Virus record (IMG/VR): IMGVR_UViG_3300021960_000026
DNA length: 61,077 nt
Source: an uncultured virus (IMG/VR IMGVR_UViG_3300021960_000026)
Lineage: Duplodnaviria; Heunggongvirae; Uroviricota; Caudoviricetes
Direction: 5' to 3' (one strand)
Shown piece after piece: positions 59,241 through 61,077 of the stretch. The notes beneath the pieces were generated by a model, which made no database searches, was not told the DNA's origin, and saw nothing but the letters and a program-made list of their open reading frames with translations. Positions within the stretch are counted from its first letter, which is position 1. Each line of letters begins with the position of its first letter. The position numbers were made by a program, and so were the translations under genes.

Positions 59241-59595
59241 TGTTCTCTCCTTTTCTGTAGTTTCCCTTCTCGGGTATCACGTGACGAACACCGCCTCGCG
59301 GATCTTCCATGTCGCCATCACGGCGAGGAATTAAATGAACATGCGGCCACATCACAGTTTGTCCTGCAGCCTCTCCAATGTTCTGGCCTAAGTTATAGGC
59401 ATCACAATATCCTTTCTGAACCCAATCATAACCCCATGAATACGCTGCCTTATAACAGGCTGATAACTTATCCCAGGTTTGTTCCTTAGGTACGAAAAGA
59501 ATGTGTCCTTCCGTTACCGGAAAGCCGTCCTTAAACACGGTAAAGTCTCTTGTGTCTATTAACACATCCTTCCAAGGGATATCCTTAAATTCCAT
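59230..59595 (-). CDS. HIT-family nucleotide hydrolase
   Basis: PVTEGH.L, AGQTV..PHVHLIPR (first triad His replaced by Trp). Confidence 0.85.
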   Translation of the reverse strand: MEFKDIPWKDVLIDTRDFTVFKDGFPVTEGHILFVPKEQTWDKLSACYKAAYSWGYDWVQKGYCDAYNLGQNIGEAAGQTVMWPHVHLIPRRDGDMEDPRGGVRHVIPEKGNYRKGENNGN

Positions 59596-59921
59596 TACTC
59601 TTCTTCGCTTTCTTCAATGTGCGTTTCGTATTCTTCTTCACCATACCAGCATTTAAAATCCACAGCCCATTCGTCGTCCTCTTTCGCATATTTCCAAATG
59701 GCATTTTGCTGGTCCACAGGAAGTGCATGGAATGCTGCTCTGAAGTAGCCAGCCTGTTCATCAGATGCTTCTGATCGCATTTCTTCGGCACGAGTCCAAT
59801 CTTCTTCATCGTCACTTTCACTTAGTTCGTCTGCCTCTACCCATGTATCCCATGAGGCTGAATGTGCATCCTCATTTAAATCACTGATAATATCGTATGC
59901 TTCTTCTTTAGTTATTGTCAT
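59595..59921 (-). CDS. Highly acidic hypothetical protein
   Basis: 108 aa, very Asp/Glu-rich. Confidence 0.65.
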   Translation of the reverse strand: MTITKEEAYDIISDLNEDAHSASWDTWVEADELSESDDEEDWTRAEEMRSEASDEQAGYFRAAFHALPVDQQNAIWKYAKEDDEWAVDFKCWYGEEEYETHIEESEEE

Positions 59922-60066
59922 TTAAATATTCCTTTTTGTACCATTTATGAAATTCTGGATTATCTCTAAAAATATTAACTATTTCTTCTGCACTAACCTG
60001 TTCAGTTTTAATGCAGACTGCTAGTTTTTCCCAATCTTTCTTTTCGTATAATACTTTTACTGCCAT
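59908..60066 (-). CDS. Small hypothetical protein (52 aa, not in ORF track)
   Basis: MAVKVLYEKKDWEKLAVCIK...; fills the gap and overlaps both neighbours. Confidence 0.55.
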   Translation of the reverse strand: MAVKVLYEKKDWEKLAVCIKTEQVSAEEIVNIFRDNPEFHKWYKKEYLNDNN

Positions 60067-60296
60067 TAGAAACCTCTACTTCTGTTTATCTGAAATATTT
60101 TTGGTCCGGGAGTTGTAAATTCAAAACCCATCTTGTTACCAACATATACCTTACCGTTATACTGCATATGAATTTTATTATTTGCAAGCCAAACATCTAC
60201 AAACTTTTTATCTTGAAATCTATCAACTTCTGCTTCTGCTACTTTATCATTGTCTGTGCAGGTCACAGTGCATACATTATCGTATTCAGACGCCAT
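60066..60296 (-). CDS. Hypothetical protein
   Basis: MASEYDNVCTVTCTDN...; TAATG coupling with upstream gene. Confidence 0.65.
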   Translation of the reverse strand: MASEYDNVCTVTCTDNDKVAEAEVDRFQDKKFVDVWLANNKIHMQYNGKVYVGNKMGFEFTTPGPKIFQINRSRGF

Positions 60297-60853
60297 TAGT
60301 ATTCTCCTACATTTTCCCAAGGATAAACTAACCAAACATCTTCCTCGGCTTTGTTTACTTCATCGCAAGAGTATGACACACCGTCGAACTCACTGCTTAG
60401 GTTTTCTGTTAATACTGCGAAACGTACATTGTCTCCCCAAATCTGATCCCATACAGGACTATGTGGTAAACAACCGCTCTTCCAATCTTGTTTAATCCAA
60501 TTAAATGTAGCACCAGTGTCGTTAATATCATCTACAATTAAAATATTTTTTCCAACTGGTTTGTTTTTAAAGAATCCCATCTCTGGAGCATATGAACCGT
60601 GTTCATCGTAGCCATAGGCATCTTCTGCCATCCAGCAGTTTGTTTCACTTTCGCTGTTGTCATCACGTAGACTAACCTTAAGTGCTTCACAACGAATGCC
60701 TGTCATGTTACTAATAATAGTAGCAGGAACGTTACCGCCACGTGTAATGCCCACGATGTAGTCTGGCTTCCAGTTATCCTTGTACATTTGTGTGACTATA
60801 TTTACGCACATTTTTTCTACATCCTGCCAGGTGTAGTAATGTTTTTTAACCAT
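60296..60853 (-). CDS. Purine (xanthine/guanine-type) phosphoribosyltransferase
   Basis: VGITRGG, PRPP loop ILIVDDINDTGAT, W.VYPWE. Confidence 0.85.
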   Translation of the reverse strand: MVKKHYYTWQDVEKMCVNIVTQMYKDNWKPDYIVGITRGGNVPATIISNMTGIRCEALKVSLRDDNSESETNCWMAEDAYGYDEHGSYAPEMGFFKNKPVGKNILIVDDINDTGATFNWIKQDWKSGCLPHSPVWDQIWGDNVRFAVLTENLSSEFDGVSYSCDEVNKAEEDVWLVYPWENVGEY

Positions 60854-61076
60854 TTTGCTCCCCTAGAGTAAAATCAACTTGTTTTACATTTGCCCAAAGA
60901 AAACTTCTCCATCCCTTGGCATTAACATCATAAACAGCCAATGATGTAGGAACCTTTTCAAACTCCAATTCCATCTGATTAGGATCTACCTGAGTCTTAG
61001 GACGAAACTCTTCTGGTATTAGATCGAAGTTAAGAGTGGATGTCATCTTTCTTTCTTCTCCATTTTTCTTGGTAAA
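60846..61076 (-). CDS. WYL_2/DUF2693-like Sm-fold phage protein (5' end beyond window)
   Basis: FTKKNGEERKM..TL...VYDVNAKGWRSF. Confidence 0.65.
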   Translation of the reverse strand, partial: FTKKNGEERKMTSTLNFDLIPEEFRPKTQVDPNQMELEFEKVPTSLAVYDVNAKGWRSFLWANVKQVDFTLGEQNG

Positions 61077-61077
61077 G

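Overview
Fragment of a large, AT-rich T4-like (jumbo-type) myovirus genome in the standard genetic code. The left minus-strand block has late sigma factor gp55, recombination nuclease gp47/gp46, a 2OG-Fe(II) oxygenase and a GIY-YIG nuclease, followed by a ~580-nt non-coding tract that folds like a large pseudoknotted RNA. The long plus-strand late block (6373-53579) encodes baseplate proteins (gp48/54-, gp53-, hub-, gp5-, gp25-, gp6-like), a 4647-aa baseplate/adhesin protein, four paralogous fibre proteins with an inserted oxygenase cassette, and a 12-gene glycosyltransferase / radical-SAM / SGNH / UDP-glucose-dehydrogenase cluster. The right minus-strand block has small hypotheticals, RNase H, an atypical QueE, an AbrB-like protein, a HIT hydrolase and a purine phosphoribosyltransferase. 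Best novelty candidates are the structured RNA behind the GIY-YIG gene, the late-expressed glycan/radical-SAM cluster (possible virion glycosylation), apparent leaderless transcripts and a hairpin-based late switch. All family calls come from motifs recognised by eye; no searches were run.
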